64,000 nt of DNA from a bacterium (GCA_030646995.1 JAUSKF010000005.1:11323-75322), one strand, 5' to 3'. Positions 26,254-36,155 are shown, counted from the first letter of the stretch. Notes: generated by a model from the letters alone, not told the origin. Program-made: numbers and translations.

Positions 26254-26889
26254 TTGACCGACCATCTCCCGAGGGGCGACCTCCGAGAGTATAGGAGTGA
26301 GTCGCGGCGCAAGTGGCTAATCTTGTGGATTATGTTGGCGGTCTTCGCGATGGAGTTGCTTGGCGGCTATTTTTCCCACAGCCTATCGCTACTCTCTGAC
26401 TCTTGGCACGTTCTTTTGGATGGCTTGGCGGTCTTGGTGGCGATTTGGATAGATTGGAAAGTTTCAAATAACCACGCAGCCGAAGATCGCTGGAGGACTC
26501 GCGGAGTGCGGGCGCAAGGATTTCTTTTGCTGATTATTGCCGGCTGGATTGCCATTGAGGCTTGGCGACGGATGTCAGGTCAAGAATCAATCGCCTCCAC
26601 CATGATGATTGTCGTAGCCTCCATCGGAATGATTGCAAATTATTTTCAGCACCGCATCCTCACGAAAGGGAAGGAAAATTCCACCCGCACAAGCTTAGAC
26701 GTCCACATTCTTTTTGATCTGGGCCAGAGCGCGGCGGTTGTGGTTGGCGGCATCCTGATTGCCATCAGCGGAATTCTGGCAATTGATTTGATTGTTTCCG
26801 GAATTCTGGCGACTATCATGATTATTTCCGGCCTGTTGATGTTTTTCATACCAAAACTGTTTGGCCATAACCATAAACATCATCATTAA
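26254..26889 (+). CDS. Cation diffusion facilitator-like membrane transporter (short, His-rich C-terminus)
   Basis: TTG start with SD AAAGGAGG. SLSLLSDSWHVLLD resembles the CDF TM2 motif. Ends ...GHNHKHHH. Terminator at about 26890-26920. Confidence 0.5.
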   Translation: MTDHLPRGDLREYRSESRRKWLILWIMLAVFAMELLGGYFSHSLSLLSDSWHVLLDGLAVLVAIWIDWKVSNNHAAEDRWRTRGVRAQGFLLLIIAGWIAIEAWRRMSGQESIASTMMIVVASIGMIANYFQHRILTKGKENSTRTSLDVHILFDLGQSAAVVVGGILIAISGILAIDLIVSGILATIMIISGLLMFFIPKLFGHNHKHHH

Positions 26890-26944
26890 AACTACTCGGT
26901 TGAGTAGTTTTTTTATTTTTCAGGAGATAGACTAAGATAATTCA

Positions 26945-27574
26945 ATGAACAAGGCAGATCGGCTTAGAGATCTAGAAAAAGAAATTGCGGCGGACAAATC
27001 CCTGCCTCTGCAAGGGGCCAATTTGGTTTTCGGCGAAGGCAATATTAATTGCGCGGTTTTGTTTATCGGGGAAGCTCCGGGGGCCAAAGAAGATGAGTTA
27101 AAAAGACCATTTGTCGGGCGCTCGGGCCAGTTGTTGGATAAAAATTTGGAAAAAATCGGCTGGAAGCGGGCGGATGTGTATATCACTAATATTGTAAAAC
27201 GCCGCCCGCCGGAGAATCGCGACCCATCCCCCAAGGAAATTGCCGCCTACAAACCATATTTAACCAAGCAGATCAAAATTATTCAGCCGAAAATTATTGT
27301 GACCTTGGGGCGGTTCTCAATGAATTATTTTTTACCGGAAGGGAAGATTAGCCGCGATCAAGGGAAAATTTTTTCCGCCGGAGGTTTACCCGCCTATGGC
27401 GGCGCCAAAGGCGACCAGGGCGGATCCTCCTTTGGAGGAGAAGAGTATTTGTTGATGCCCATGTTTCATCCCGCGGCGGCTATGCGCGGCACCAGAGTAA
27501 TGAAGGAATTTGAGAAAACGTTTCGGAGATTGCCGAAGTTAGTTAGGAAGGCGGCCGAGTTACCGAAGAAGTAA
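26945..27574 (+). CDS. Uracil-DNA glycosylase, family 4/5-like
   Basis: GEAPGAKEDELKRPFVGRSGQLL motif (GEAPG...PFVG.SG) and HPAAAMR near the C-terminus. Confidence 0.8.
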   Translation: MNKADRLRDLEKEIAADKSLPLQGANLVFGEGNINCAVLFIGEAPGAKEDELKRPFVGRSGQLLDKNLEKIGWKRADVYITNIVKRRPPENRDPSPKEIAAYKPYLTKQIKIIQPKIIVTLGRFSMNYFLPEGKISRDQGKIFSAGGLPAYGGAKGDQGGSSFGGEEYLLMPMFHPAAAMRGTRVMKEFEKTFRRLPKLVRKAAELPKK

Positions 27575-27623
27575 GGGCACTTTAGATATTCGTGAGAGGA
27601 AAAGATTTGTTATAATTTACATT

Positions 27624-28541
27624 ATGGAAAATCCGACACCAAAAACTCCAGAACAACAGATGGATGGGAAAGAAAAGATTGAGAGCGGGATTTGGCAGGC
27701 TGGGGTATTTCAAAAGTTTTCAGGCGAGGTTCGATACGGTGGATCAACTAATCTTTTCAAAGAAGATTTAGGTATGGATCCGAAGGCGGTTGATCTCAAG
27801 CTTTTCGGCAAGACGGATCGGCTTGATCAGGCAATGAAAGAAAAGCGCCGGCCAGCAAGGTTTTTGATAGAACTTCTCGAGAGGGTTGATCCCGATGCCG
27901 ATTCCCATGATATTGTAAAAACCCAACTTCAACACACCAACAAAATTGTCGCGGTTGATGAAGATTTTTTGAAACTTAATCCCAAAGAGAGGATCCAGCA
28001 TACGTTAGCGACGGATGGCCTAATTACCAATATTGAACATCAGCCTTTGTACATATCGGCTGCTGACTGTACCCCAGTGGCTATATATGACCCCGAGAAT
28101 CGAGCGGTGGGACTTTTCCATTCAGGCTGGAAGGGTACGGCCGCTTTGATATCAGTGGAGGGCATAAAACAGATGAGCGAAAAATACGGCACCAAGCCGG
28201 AGAGTTTGGCGGTATCCATTGGCCCGTCAATCGCCCCCGAAGATTTTGAGGTAGATAAGCCGGTATATGATAAATTTTCCGAACATTATTCTCCTGAGGA
28301 GATGGGGCAGTTATTCCAATCTCATTCGGATGGGAAGTATCTGTTAGATGTTCCGAAGGCGATTAAGATTCAATTGGTTAGGGCCGGCGTAAAAGAAGAG
28401 AATATTGAAGTTTCAGAATATTCTACCTCTAGAAATAATGATATTTTCCCATCTGCTAGGAAAACTGGGGGTGTTCAAAATATTGATGCCGCCATATTTC
28501 TTATGAGTCTATCAGGGCGGATTTCTTCGGAGACGAAGTAG
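27624..28541 (+). CDS. pgeF: PgeF/YfiH (DUF152) family purine nucleoside phosphorylase / peptidoglycan editing factor, with N-terminal extension
   Basis: SAADCTPVAIYDP...GLFHSGWKGT matches the family signature ADC.PV....GxxHAGWRG. Confidence 0.7.
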   Translation: MENPTPKTPEQQMDGKEKIESGIWQAGVFQKFSGEVRYGGSTNLFKEDLGMDPKAVDLKLFGKTDRLDQAMKEKRRPARFLIELLERVDPDADSHDIVKTQLQHTNKIVAVDEDFLKLNPKERIQHTLATDGLITNIEHQPLYISAADCTPVAIYDPENRAVGLFHSGWKGTAALISVEGIKQMSEKYGTKPESLAVSIGPSIAPEDFEVDKPVYDKFSEHYSPEEMGQLFQSHSDGKYLLDVPKAIKIQLVRAGVKEENIEVSEYSTSRNNDIFPSARKTGGVQNIDAAIFLMSLSGRISSETK

Positions 28542-28610
28542 GAGAGCCTTAACTGTTGCTTTTTGTCGGGAAAGGATTATAAATAAGCAGGAACTTTCGG
28601 AGCGATAATC

Positions 28611-29084
28611 ATGAAGGTCAGCCTCTCGGAAAAAGGCGGAATGCCGAACGGCGTTCGCAATTTCATGCAGGCCGTTCTGTTCGTTGCCGGTGGCGCCTGC
28701 GCTCAAGCCGGATATTGGTGGTGGTTTGTGACGTTGATGATGGCAGGCACCGCGCTGTTCGGCGTGAACGTGGTTCATTATTTCAAGGATAATTATTTGC
28801 GTGGCTATCAGGATGGTCACGAAGAAGGTCTGTTGGCGCGAGGATTGCCCGCTCCGGAGGCTAATATGATTGAGGGTGCATATCGGGTATTGGCTAGCAC
28901 GCAACTCGGCGATTCTTGGATGGTTCTACTTGAGGATGCACATTTAGAGGGCCGAGAGCCGCGTCTCTATAAAATGAAAGTACTGCCTCCTAGTACTTTC
29001 CGGAAGGAAAGATGGGCAGATCCCAACAATGCTGATCCCGGAGCATTTGTTCCCGGATATGCGCAGATGAAGGAAACGGTATGA
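28611..29084 (+). CDS. Hypothetical membrane protein (G+C-rich orphan)
   Basis: One TM segment (VLFVAGGACAQAGYWWWFVTLMMAG). GC hairpin and T-run downstream. Confidence 0.35.
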   Translation: MKVSLSEKGGMPNGVRNFMQAVLFVAGGACAQAGYWWWFVTLMMAGTALFGVNVVHYFKDNYLRGYQDGHEEGLLARGLPAPEANMIEGAYRVLASTQLGDSWMVLLEDAHLEGREPRLYKMKVLPPSTFRKERWADPNNADPGAFVPGYAQMKETV

Positions 29085-29148
29085 ATGAGCAAAGTCCCCC
29101 CAAGGGGGCTTTTTTATTTGTATTCAGAAAAGACTTATACTATAAGTA

Positions 29149-29496
29149 ATGTCTTTTTCGCTTGTTTATCTCGCTCATCAATTTTTATATCGGATATACG
29201 AATTTCTAAGGCACTGGTATGTCGGTGGTTTTTTAACAATCACCCACCGGACTTTGGCAGTCTTGGAGAATCTGGACCAGACCCTAGCTCTTTGGGTTAC
29301 CTTCAAATATATTTTCCGGCCTCTCTATCAGGACTATAGCGTCATCGGATATGTTCTCGGTTTTATTTTCCGGATTACCCGCTTGTTTATGGGTGGCTTG
29401 GTTTATTTGATAATTGTCGCAGTTGCCATGGTAATTTATCTGGCCTGGGCGGGTTTGCCAATATACATAGCAGCTAAAGGACTTTCTTTAATTTAA
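29149..29496 (+). CDS. Small hydrophobic membrane protein, translationally coupled to the following AAA+ gene
   Basis: TAATG overlap with the ClpB-like ORF. Two or three TM helices. Confidence 0.35.
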   Translation: MSFSLVYLAHQFLYRIYEFLRHWYVGGFLTITHRTLAVLENLDQTLALWVTFKYIFRPLYQDYSVIGYVLGFIFRITRLFMGGLVYLIIVAVAMVIYLAWAGLPIYIAAKGLSLI

Positions 29497-32003
29497 TGAG
29501 AAACCGTGAAGTAGAAATATATTTTGATGAGCCGAGGCTGAAGATGACTTTGGCCGGCCGGTTGTTCGTTCGAGTCTGTGTTTACGCCGGTAATGCCGTT
29601 CTGATAGTGGCAGCAGCTTTGTTTCTGTCGGAAGATGTGCCGGAATTAAAAGCCGCCGGAGCATTACTGACTTTGTTTCTACTCGATCGTTTTCGCACCT
29701 TCAATCATGCCGAGAGATTTTTGACCCGCTTACCCGTAGGGCGAATCAATGCGGCTCGCTATATCCCGCCGTCTTCCTATGCCGCGATAGAATGGGCCGC
29801 TGATCGGTCCATTTTTGCCGGAGGCAATGTTTATCTCTATTTGCTGAAGAAGCTCGCCTCCCGTAAAGAGATTGCGGAGGGTTTACTGCGGATGGATATA
29901 GCTGTTGTTGATTTGGAATCTCAAATTGAAAAGATTGCGTCCGCCTCCGGAAATATTAAAGAAACCAAGGACGTGATTTTGGGAAAGATCGGGATTTTGG
30001 TCGGGAAGGCTTTTGATGAGGCGATGCAGACCTCCAGCGCCGAGATAGAGCCGAAAGATTTTTTTGCCGCATTAGATAATTTAGGCGATCCGGATCTTGA
30101 TAAGATATTTCAATTCTTTGATGTGGACAAGGGTGATTTGGAGAGCGCTTTACTGGCCAGCCGGTTCCGCTCTTCGTTTTCTGGGTTGACCAGAATGCCC
30201 GCTAGCTTAGTTGGTCTTATGAGCCGTCCGCATCGCTCCCGTCATCGGATAATGAACCGCGCTTGGACTGCCCGACCTACCCCATTTTTGGACCAATTTT
30301 CCAGAGATCTCACCGACTTAGCCCGTTCCGAGCAGGTTGGGTTCCTGATTGGCCATGCTAACGAATACGATCGCTTAGTGGACGTGCTGGCGCGCCCCGG
30401 TCGGCCAAATGCTTTGTTGATAGGTGAGGCGGGCTCCGGAAAATCCACTTTGGTGGCGCATTTAGCATTTGAGATGATTAAAGACAGGGTTCCGGCGCCG
30501 CTTTTTGATAAGCGGCTGGTGGAGTTAGAGATTGGAAGTCTGGTTTCCGGAGCGGCCGATGAAGAATTACAGAACCGAGTGAATCGGATAATTAATGAAA
30601 TTGTGCTGGCGGGAAACATTATTTTATATATTCCTGATATGCATAATCTGGCACGTACTTCCGGGCAGGGCAAAATGAATGCGGCAGATATTTTACTCCC
30701 CGCCATAAAAGGCGACGCCTTTTCGGTGATTGGCGCAACCTCTCCTCGGGAGTTCAAGCAATATTTGGAAGCGAGTAGTGATTTGGTCAGCGGTTTCGAA
30801 AATATTAAAGTTCAGGAAATAAGCGAGGCTGAGGCCGTGCAGTTTCTGGTTTATGAAAGCTTGATTTTGGAGCGAGAATTTAAAACAGTAATCAGCTTTT
30901 CCGCCTTGAAGGAAGCGACTAAGCTGGCGCATCAATATTTCCGGGATAAAATGCTTCCTGCGAGCGCCGAAGATTTATTGAAAGAATCATTGGCCGATTC
31001 GGTGAGTAAAAAGAAGAAAATTCTTACGGCAGAGGATGTGGTGGCAGTGGCAGAAAAGAAGGTGAACGTGCCGATCCACAAAGCGGGCAAGGCGGAAGCG
31101 GAGCAGTTGTTGAATTTGGAAGAGCTTATTCATGAGCGGATGGTGGATCAGGTAGAAGCAGTGGGGGCGGTGGCGCGCTCATTGCGGGAGTATCGTAGCG
31201 GGTTGAGCCGAAAAGGAGGCCCGATTGCCACCTTTTTGTTCGTTGGCCCGACTGGTGTGGGCAAGACCGAACTTTCGAAAATTTTAGCTAAAGTTCAATT
31301 TGGCTCAAAAGAAGAGATGATACGTCTGGATATGTCTGAATATCAGGAAAAATCCAGCATTTCCCGGTTGATTGGTTCCGCTGACGGTGGCGTTTCCGGA
31401 GTTTTGACCGGAGCCATTGCGGAAAAGCCGTACTCTTTGATTCTTTTGGATGAGTTTGAGAAGGCGCACCCTGATATTTTAAATTTGTTCTTGCAGGTTT
31501 TTGATGATGGTCGTTTAACTGATAGCGTAGGCCGCACTATGGATTTTCAAAATACGATTATTATTGCCACCAGCAATGCCAATTCGGAATTTATAAAGAC
31601 GCAGATTGAAGCGGGGGTGGCAGTAAAAGAAATCTCGGAACAATTGAAAAAGAAACTGACGGAGCACTTTAAGCCGGAGTTGCTCAACCGCTTTTCAGGC
31701 ATTGTTGTTTTCAAACCGCTCTCACCGGAAGACATTGCGGCAATCACCGTGATTCAATTAGGAGACCTAGCCGCCACCTTGAGAGAGAATCAGGGTATCG
31801 ATTTATCGTTTGATTCGGCAGTAATTTCGGAAATTGCTCGATTGGGCTATGATCCGGTTTTTGGAGCCCGCCCGTTGAGGGGGGTGATCTCCGAGAAATT
31901 AAAGGGAGTCTTATCGGAGAAGATATTGAAAGGAGAGGTTAAAAAAGGAGATAATATAAAGATAGATTTCAAATCCGAAAGATTTGAAATAGTTAAAAGT
32001 TAA
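29496..32003 (+). CDS. ClpA/B-type AAA+ ATPase with atypical membrane-associated N-terminal region and degenerate NBD1
   Basis: NBD1 GEAGSGKST Walker A but Walker B IPDMH lacks the catalytic Glu. NBD2 GPTGVGKT and LLDEFEKAH intact. Sensor-2 GARPLRG. No IGF/IGL loop and no ClpN domain. N-terminus is hydrophobic. Confidence 0.8.
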   Translation: MRNREVEIYFDEPRLKMTLAGRLFVRVCVYAGNAVLIVAAALFLSEDVPELKAAGALLTLFLLDRFRTFNHAERFLTRLPVGRINAARYIPPSSYAAIEWAADRSIFAGGNVYLYLLKKLASRKEIAEGLLRMDIAVVDLESQIEKIASASGNIKETKDVILGKIGILVGKAFDEAMQTSSAEIEPKDFFAALDNLGDPDLDKIFQFFDVDKGDLESALLASRFRSSFSGLTRMPASLVGLMSRPHRSRHRIMNRAWTARPTPFLDQFSRDLTDLARSEQVGFLIGHANEYDRLVDVLARPGRPNALLIGEAGSGKSTLVAHLAFEMIKDRVPAPLFDKRLVELEIGSLVSGAADEELQNRVNRIINEIVLAGNIILYIPDMHNLARTSGQGKMNAADILLPAIKGDAFSVIGATSPREFKQYLEASSDLVSGFENIKVQEISEAEAVQFLVYESLILEREFKTVISFSALKEATKLAHQYFRDKMLPASAEDLLKESLADSVSKKKKILTAEDVVAVAEKKVNVPIHKAGKAEAEQLLNLEELIHERMVDQVEAVGAVARSLREYRSGLSRKGGPIATFLFVGPTGVGKTELSKILAKVQFGSKEEMIRLDMSEYQEKSSISRLIGSADGGVSGVLTGAIAEKPYSLILLDEFEKAHPDILNLFLQVFDDGRLTDSVGRTMDFQNTIIIATSNANSEFIKTQIEAGVAVKEISEQLKKKLTEHFKPELLNRFSGIVVFKPLSPEDIAAITVIQLGDLAATLRENQGIDLSFDSAVISEIARLGYDPVFGARPLRGVISEKLKGVLSEKILKGEVKKGDNIKIDFKSERFEIVKS

Positions 32004-32016
32004 AGGCTATAAAGTT

Positions 32017-32649
32017 ATGTTCAAGAATATAAATCCTGTAGTAAAAATTTTCGTTATTGCCGATTTCTTTTACAACGCGGCCTTTGCCTCGTTTGCTCCC
32101 GTATTCGCTATCTTCATTACCGGGCAGATTGCCGGTGGATCGGCGAGTGTGGCTGGATTCGCTACTGCATCGTTTTGGGTAGTGAAATCCATTTTTCAGC
32201 TACCAGTAGCCAGATTCTTGGATCGCACCGACGGTGAGCGGGATGATTTTTGGGCGATGTGGGCGGGATATTTTTTTACAGGCTTTATACCGATAGCTTA
32301 TATTTTCGCGACCGAGCCGTGGCATCTGTATCTTATTCAGGGTGTGTATGGATTCTTGATGGCTTGGCTGGTGCCGGCTTGGTATTCAATTTTCACCCGC
32401 CACGTCGATAAATGGAGAATCAGTTTTGAGTGGAGTTTGGAAAGCGTTTTTTCTGTAGGAATGGCTACGGCGGCTGCGGCAGCGCTTGGTGGGTATTTGG
32501 TAGATACATTCAGTTTCCAGTTTGTATTCCTGGCCTCCGGTCTTACCGCAATACTTTCATCTTTTATGATTTTGCTGGTTCGGCGTCATCTCTTGCCTCA
32601 AGGTCATCAAGAAAGAATTTTCCCGGAGAAGCATCATGGAACCCGTTAG
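32017..32649 (+). CDS. Six-TM membrane protein resembling half an MFS transporter
   Basis: Loop motif PVARFLDRTDGER resembles MFS motif A. 210 aa. Confidence 0.4.
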   Translation: MFKNINPVVKIFVIADFFYNAAFASFAPVFAIFITGQIAGGSASVAGFATASFWVVKSIFQLPVARFLDRTDGERDDFWAMWAGYFFTGFIPIAYIFATEPWHLYLIQGVYGFLMAWLVPAWYSIFTRHVDKWRISFEWSLESVFSVGMATAAAAALGGYLVDTFSFQFVFLASGLTAILSSFMILLVRRHLLPQGHQERIFPEKHHGTR

Positions 32650-33280
32650 CGGATTTTTTGGTTTTGTAACTGAATATGGCTACCTAGCCGTTTTTTTATT
32701 GGTCTTTATCCAAGAGCTGGGAATTCCGACCGTTCCGAATGAGTTAATTTTAATTTTCGCCGGAGCCCTGACTACTATTGGCGAATTAGATTTTTGGGCG
32801 ATGTTCTGGATAACAGTAGCGGCCGATGTGATTGGCACCAGCATTCTTTATTTCATCTTTTACTTTTTTGAGAAGAAGATTATGGAGAGAATCCCCAAAT
32901 GGCTTCCCATCAATCATTATCTCGACAAAATAAAAGCGAAAATAGAGAAACATGATAAATGGGCGATATTTATCGGTAGGATGTTGCCTTATGGCCGCGG
33001 CTACGTTTCTGCCGCTGCCGGTATCCTGAATATTTCTTATCGGACATTTTTGCCGATGGTCGTACTGTCGGCGATTATCTGGACAGGAGGTTATGTAACA
33101 CTTGGGCATTTCTTGGGCTACCAATGGAAGCACGTGGCGGATTTTGTGGCGGGCTATCAGTGGGTAGTGGTAGTCGCTTTCCTCATAGTTGTAATCGGGT
33201 GGGTTTATTGGAGCCATCGAAAAAAGAAGGCGGCTGATGTAAAATTAAACAATGGATCACAAGCCAACGACCCCAAGTAG
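32636..33280 (+). CDS. DedA/SNARE-associated (TVP38/TMEM64) family membrane protein
   Basis: ELGIPTVPNELILIFAGAL signature. Confidence 0.8.
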   Translation: MEPVSGFFGFVTEYGYLAVFLLVFIQELGIPTVPNELILIFAGALTTIGELDFWAMFWITVAADVIGTSILYFIFYFFEKKIMERIPKWLPINHYLDKIKAKIEKHDKWAIFIGRMLPYGRGYVSAAAGILNISYRTFLPMVVLSAIIWTGGYVTLGHFLGYQWKHVADFVAGYQWVVVVAFLIVVIGWVYWSHRKKKAADVKLNNGSQANDPK

Positions 33281-33785
33281 GGATAACTCAAAAAAGATTA
33301 TTTCGGCTGGGATAATTATTTTCCGGAAAACCGGCGAGGGGTACAAATTTTTGTTGCTTTATCACGGCCGGAATTATTGGAATTTTGCCAAGGGAAAGCT
33401 GGAGGCCTCCGAGCGGAGTTGGCAGGCGGCTTTGCGGGAAGTGCGGGAAGAGACCGGCTTGAAAGCGACCGAGTTGAAATTCGTGGAAAACTTCAAAGCT
33501 TATGAACGGTTCTTCTTAAGCAGGGGGAAAGAGAAAATACTCAAGATTGTTATTTTATATCTGGCGGAGACTCGCCAACCCAACGTGACCGTGTCGTTTG
33601 AGCATGAGGGATATGCGTGGTTCACTTTCAGTGAAGCAAAAAAAGTGATGGCTCGTTATCCGGATAACATTAAAATTCTTACCACTGCTTACGATTTTTT
33701 AAAGAAAAACCAATTATCCCACGCTAAAGCGAACAGTACCTTACCCGCAGCTTCAGTTATTAAGCCGCCAGAGCATAAGAAATAA
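33252..33785 (+). CDS. NUDIX hydrolase
   Basis: Nudix box GKLEASERSWQAALREVREETGL (Gx5Ex7REUxEExGU). Confidence 0.8.
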   Translation: MDHKPTTPSRDNSKKIISAGIIIFRKTGEGYKFLLLYHGRNYWNFAKGKLEASERSWQAALREVREETGLKATELKFVENFKAYERFFLSRGKEKILKIVILYLAETRQPNVTVSFEHEGYAWFTFSEAKKVMARYPDNIKILTTAYDFLKKNQLSHAKANSTLPAASVIKPPEHKK

Positions 33786-33821
33786 GCTATAATTTCATTA
33801 GTCCTTAGGAAGGGGGTTCCA

Positions 33822-34103
33822 GTGATCATTCGTATAGTGTTCACCAAGCCCCTGCATCGGATGGATCTGGGGGATGTGATATTGTCCGGTTTGACGCCCG
33901 ATGACGCTTCTCTTTTTCCCGACAAGTACTTGGTTGCAGGTCTTGAAGGAGAGACTGCGCTGGTCTTGGTCGAAGGATTCAATATGAGCGAAGTAGAAAA
34001 AGCTTTGGTCTTTAATAAGGATAAGGCTTTTGGTACTTCGGTGAGTAAGATGATGATAGATCACGTAGAAGATCTTAAGACAGAAACACGGTTATATCCA
34101 TAA
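33822..34103 (+). CDS. Hypothetical small protein
   Basis: GTG start after GGAAGGGGG. Terminator ACCGCC-TAAT-GGCGGT plus T-run at about 34110-34140, shared with convergent rplT. Confidence 0.3.
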   Translation: MIIRIVFTKPLHRMDLGDVILSGLTPDDASLFPDKYLVAGLEGETALVLVEGFNMSEVEKALVFNKDKAFGTSVSKMMIDHVEDLKTETRLYP

Positions 34104-34157
34104 ACAAAAAAACCGCCTAATGGCGGTCTTTTTTCTATTTATAGCGAGCTAGCCGAG

Positions 34158-34502
34158 TTATTTTACCTTCTCTATGATTTGCGCAAAGATCTTCGGTTCG
34201 TTTTCGGCAAGATCAGCCATAATCTTTCTATCAAGTTTCACGTTGGCCTTTTTCAGAGCGGCGATCAGCTGGCTGTATTTAATTCCCAGCGGGCGGGAAG
34301 CGGCGCCGATTTTTACATTCCAAAGAGTGCGGAAATCGCGCTTCTTTTGTTTGCGGCCTTGGAAGGCGTGCGTCCAAGCATGTAGAAGAGCTTCTTTAGC
34401 CGCCGCTTCTTTAGCTTTTCGGCCCCACATAAACCCCTTAGTGTATTTAAGAAGGGCTTTTCTTTTTTTGTGGGCAATTGTACCGCGCTTAACTCTTGTC
34501 AT
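34158..34502 (-). CDS. rplT: 50S ribosomal protein L20
   Basis: MTRVKRGTIAHKKRKALLK... typical sequence. 114 aa. Confidence 0.95.
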   Translation of the reverse strand: MTRVKRGTIAHKKRKALLKYTKGFMWGRKAKEAAAKEALLHAWTHAFQGRKQKKRDFRTLWNVKIGAASRPLGIKYSQLIAALKKANVKLDRKIMADLAENEPKIFAQIIEKVK

Positions 34503-34538
34503 ATTGTTAGTAGTTAGTTCTTAGTAATTAGTTGTTAG

Positions 34539-34709
34539 TTAAAGGTATTTCTTAAACATCTTTAAGTCAACCGAGCTGACTTGGCTGTCGGTTTTGCGGC
34601 GTAGCTGTCTGGAGCTCTTTTTCGCTTTGAAATGGTTAAGACCCATCCGGCGCTTTATAAGCTTTCCGGTTCCGGTGACTTTAATTCTTTCTCGTACGCT
34701 ATGTCTCAT
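34539..34709 (-). CDS. rpmI: 50S ribosomal protein L35
   Basis: Hand-translated 56-aa basic ORF (MRHSVRERIKVTGTGKLIKRRMGLNHFKAKKSSRQLRRKTD...) between infC and rplT. Absent from the ORF track (<60 aa). Confidence 0.75.
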   Translation of the reverse strand: MRHSVRERIKVTGTGKLIKRRMGLNHFKAKKSSRQLRRKTDSQVSSVDLKMFKKYL

Positions 34710-34717
34710 ATTTTTGT

Positions 34718-35206
34718 TTATTTTTTTGCTACTTGCATATAGATTCCTCGTCCTCCATCTTTCGCCGAAGTAATCACTTTATGTTCAGGTTCGATCATTT
34801 TCACGAAGCCGGCCAGTTTTTCTCGGGCAAAATCCTTGTTGGCCTTTTCTCTGCCGCGAAGCACCATCACAATCTCTACCTGATGACCTTCTTCCATGAA
34901 TTTATTCACGCGGCCTGCCTTCATTTCCAAATCGTGTGGCGCCTCTTTTGGGCTAATCTGCACCTGCTTCAGCTCTTGGGATTTCTGTTGAGCTTTTTGC
35001 TTCTTGAGCTTCTTTTCCTGCTGGTAGCGGAACTTATCATAGCTCATTATCCGGGCTACCGGAGGCTTGGCATTGGGGGCAATCTCAATGAGGTCGAGTT
35101 TCTTCTCAAGAGAGAGCTTTAGGGCGTCGGTCGTCTTCATTTTGCCCAACGGCTTTCCCTCCTCGTCGATTACCATCAACTCAGAAGCTTTTATTTGGTT
35201 GTTTAT
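34718..35206 (-). CDS. infC: Translation initiation factor IF-3, probable non-canonical start codon
   Basis: IF3 N- and C-domains (INNQIKASELMVIDEEGKPLG ... VKMIEPEHKVI). The tracked ORF extends to 35446 via an unrelated upstream reading frame. In-frame ATA/ATC codons lie near the expected start. Confidence 0.75.
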   Translation of the reverse strand: MNNQIKASELMVIDEEGKPLGKMKTTDALKLSLEKKLDLIEIAPNAKPPVARIMSYDKFRYQQEKKLKKQKAQQKSQELKQVQISPKEAPHDLEMKAGRVNKFMEEGHQVEIVMVLRGREKANKDFAREKLAGFVKMIEPEHKVITSAKDGGRGIYMQVAKK

Positions 35207-35474
35207 GCGTGAACTTTGGATAGGTAGAAATATAGCAGAAAAACGGTTATTAGGCAATAGTCTCGGGCGCATTGCTTCTCGGACACAGAATAACCCCGCT
35301 CCAACGGCGGGGTTTTCTTCTCTCTCGGTGGTTGTTCGTTCGTAAAACAGACAACGAACGAGCCAAGCCCAACCGCCTCCGAGATGTTCCTTAAAGCAAC
35401 GCGCCCTCATTTTTTTCTTGCGAAAATAAGAATACCGTTTTATCATGGCGGGAGTTGTTTGAGAGGGTAAGGTA

Positions 35475-36155
35475 ATGGGTTGGCCTAGGAAGTTGGTATT
35501 GGTGCGGCATGCGCAATCTACCGGGAATTTACTTACAGTAGAACAGCGAGCGGATTTGCCGGAGCCGGCTCATGAATACGAGCTTACGGAGTTAGGGTGC
35601 CAGCAGGCAGAAATTACCGGGTTGTATCTGAAAAAGAGATTTTGCGAGTTTGACGCTTGTTTTTCCTCTCACTATCTTCGAGCGCGCCAGACTTTGGCGA
35701 TTGCCATGCCTAATGCTAAGGCGATCGAAGATTCCCGGTTAGCGGAAGCTCAGCGAGGCATCTGGCATCGGATGAATAAAGAGAAAGTTTGCCAACTTTA
35801 CCCAGGAGAGGTTGAACGAAGAGAGCAGGAAGACCTCTATCAGTATCGCCCGATTGGCGGGGAAAACTGGCCAGATATCGAAATGCGAATCCATAGCTTC
35901 CGTCAGTCGCTTTTCTTGGAGCATGACGATGAAAAGGTTTTGGCTATCGTGCATGGCAATTGGTTTAATCTTTTCCAGAAAGTGAACGATGGCCTAACCG
36001 CAGAGGAAGTGTTGCATCGTTATAAATTGGATAATCACGGAGTAGTCGACAACGCTTCGGTTACGATTTATCGGGGGAAGTCCGTTAACGGAAAGCCCCG
36101 ATTGGTACTTGAAGAAGAAAATATCGTTCCCTGGCGAGTGCTGGAAGAAATTTAA
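35475..36155 (+). CDS. Histidine phosphatase family protein (phosphoglycerate mutase-like, branch 1)
   Basis: LVLVRHAQSTGN (RHG motif) ... GGENWPD ... IVHGN second His motif. Terminator AACCGGGCT-CAAATA-AGCCCGG plus T8 follows. Confidence 0.75.
   Translation: MGWPRKLVLVRHAQSTGNLLTVEQRADLPEPAHEYELTELGCQQAEITGLYLKKRFCEFDACFSSHYLRARQTLAIAMPNAKAIEDSRLAEAQRGIWHRMNKEKVCQLYPGEVERREQEDLYQYRPIGGENWPDIEMRIHSFRQSLFLEHDDEKVLAIVHGNWFNLFQKVNDGLTAEEVLHRYKLDNHGVVDNASVTIYRGKSVNGKPRLVLEEENIVPWRVLEEI

Noticed and set aside
35067-35446. Upstream extension of the infC ORF (to 35446) and antisense ORF 35067..35345
   Set aside because: IF3 homology starts about 70 codons downstream of the ATG. The extension has no IF3 similarity. 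infC classically uses a non-ATG start.
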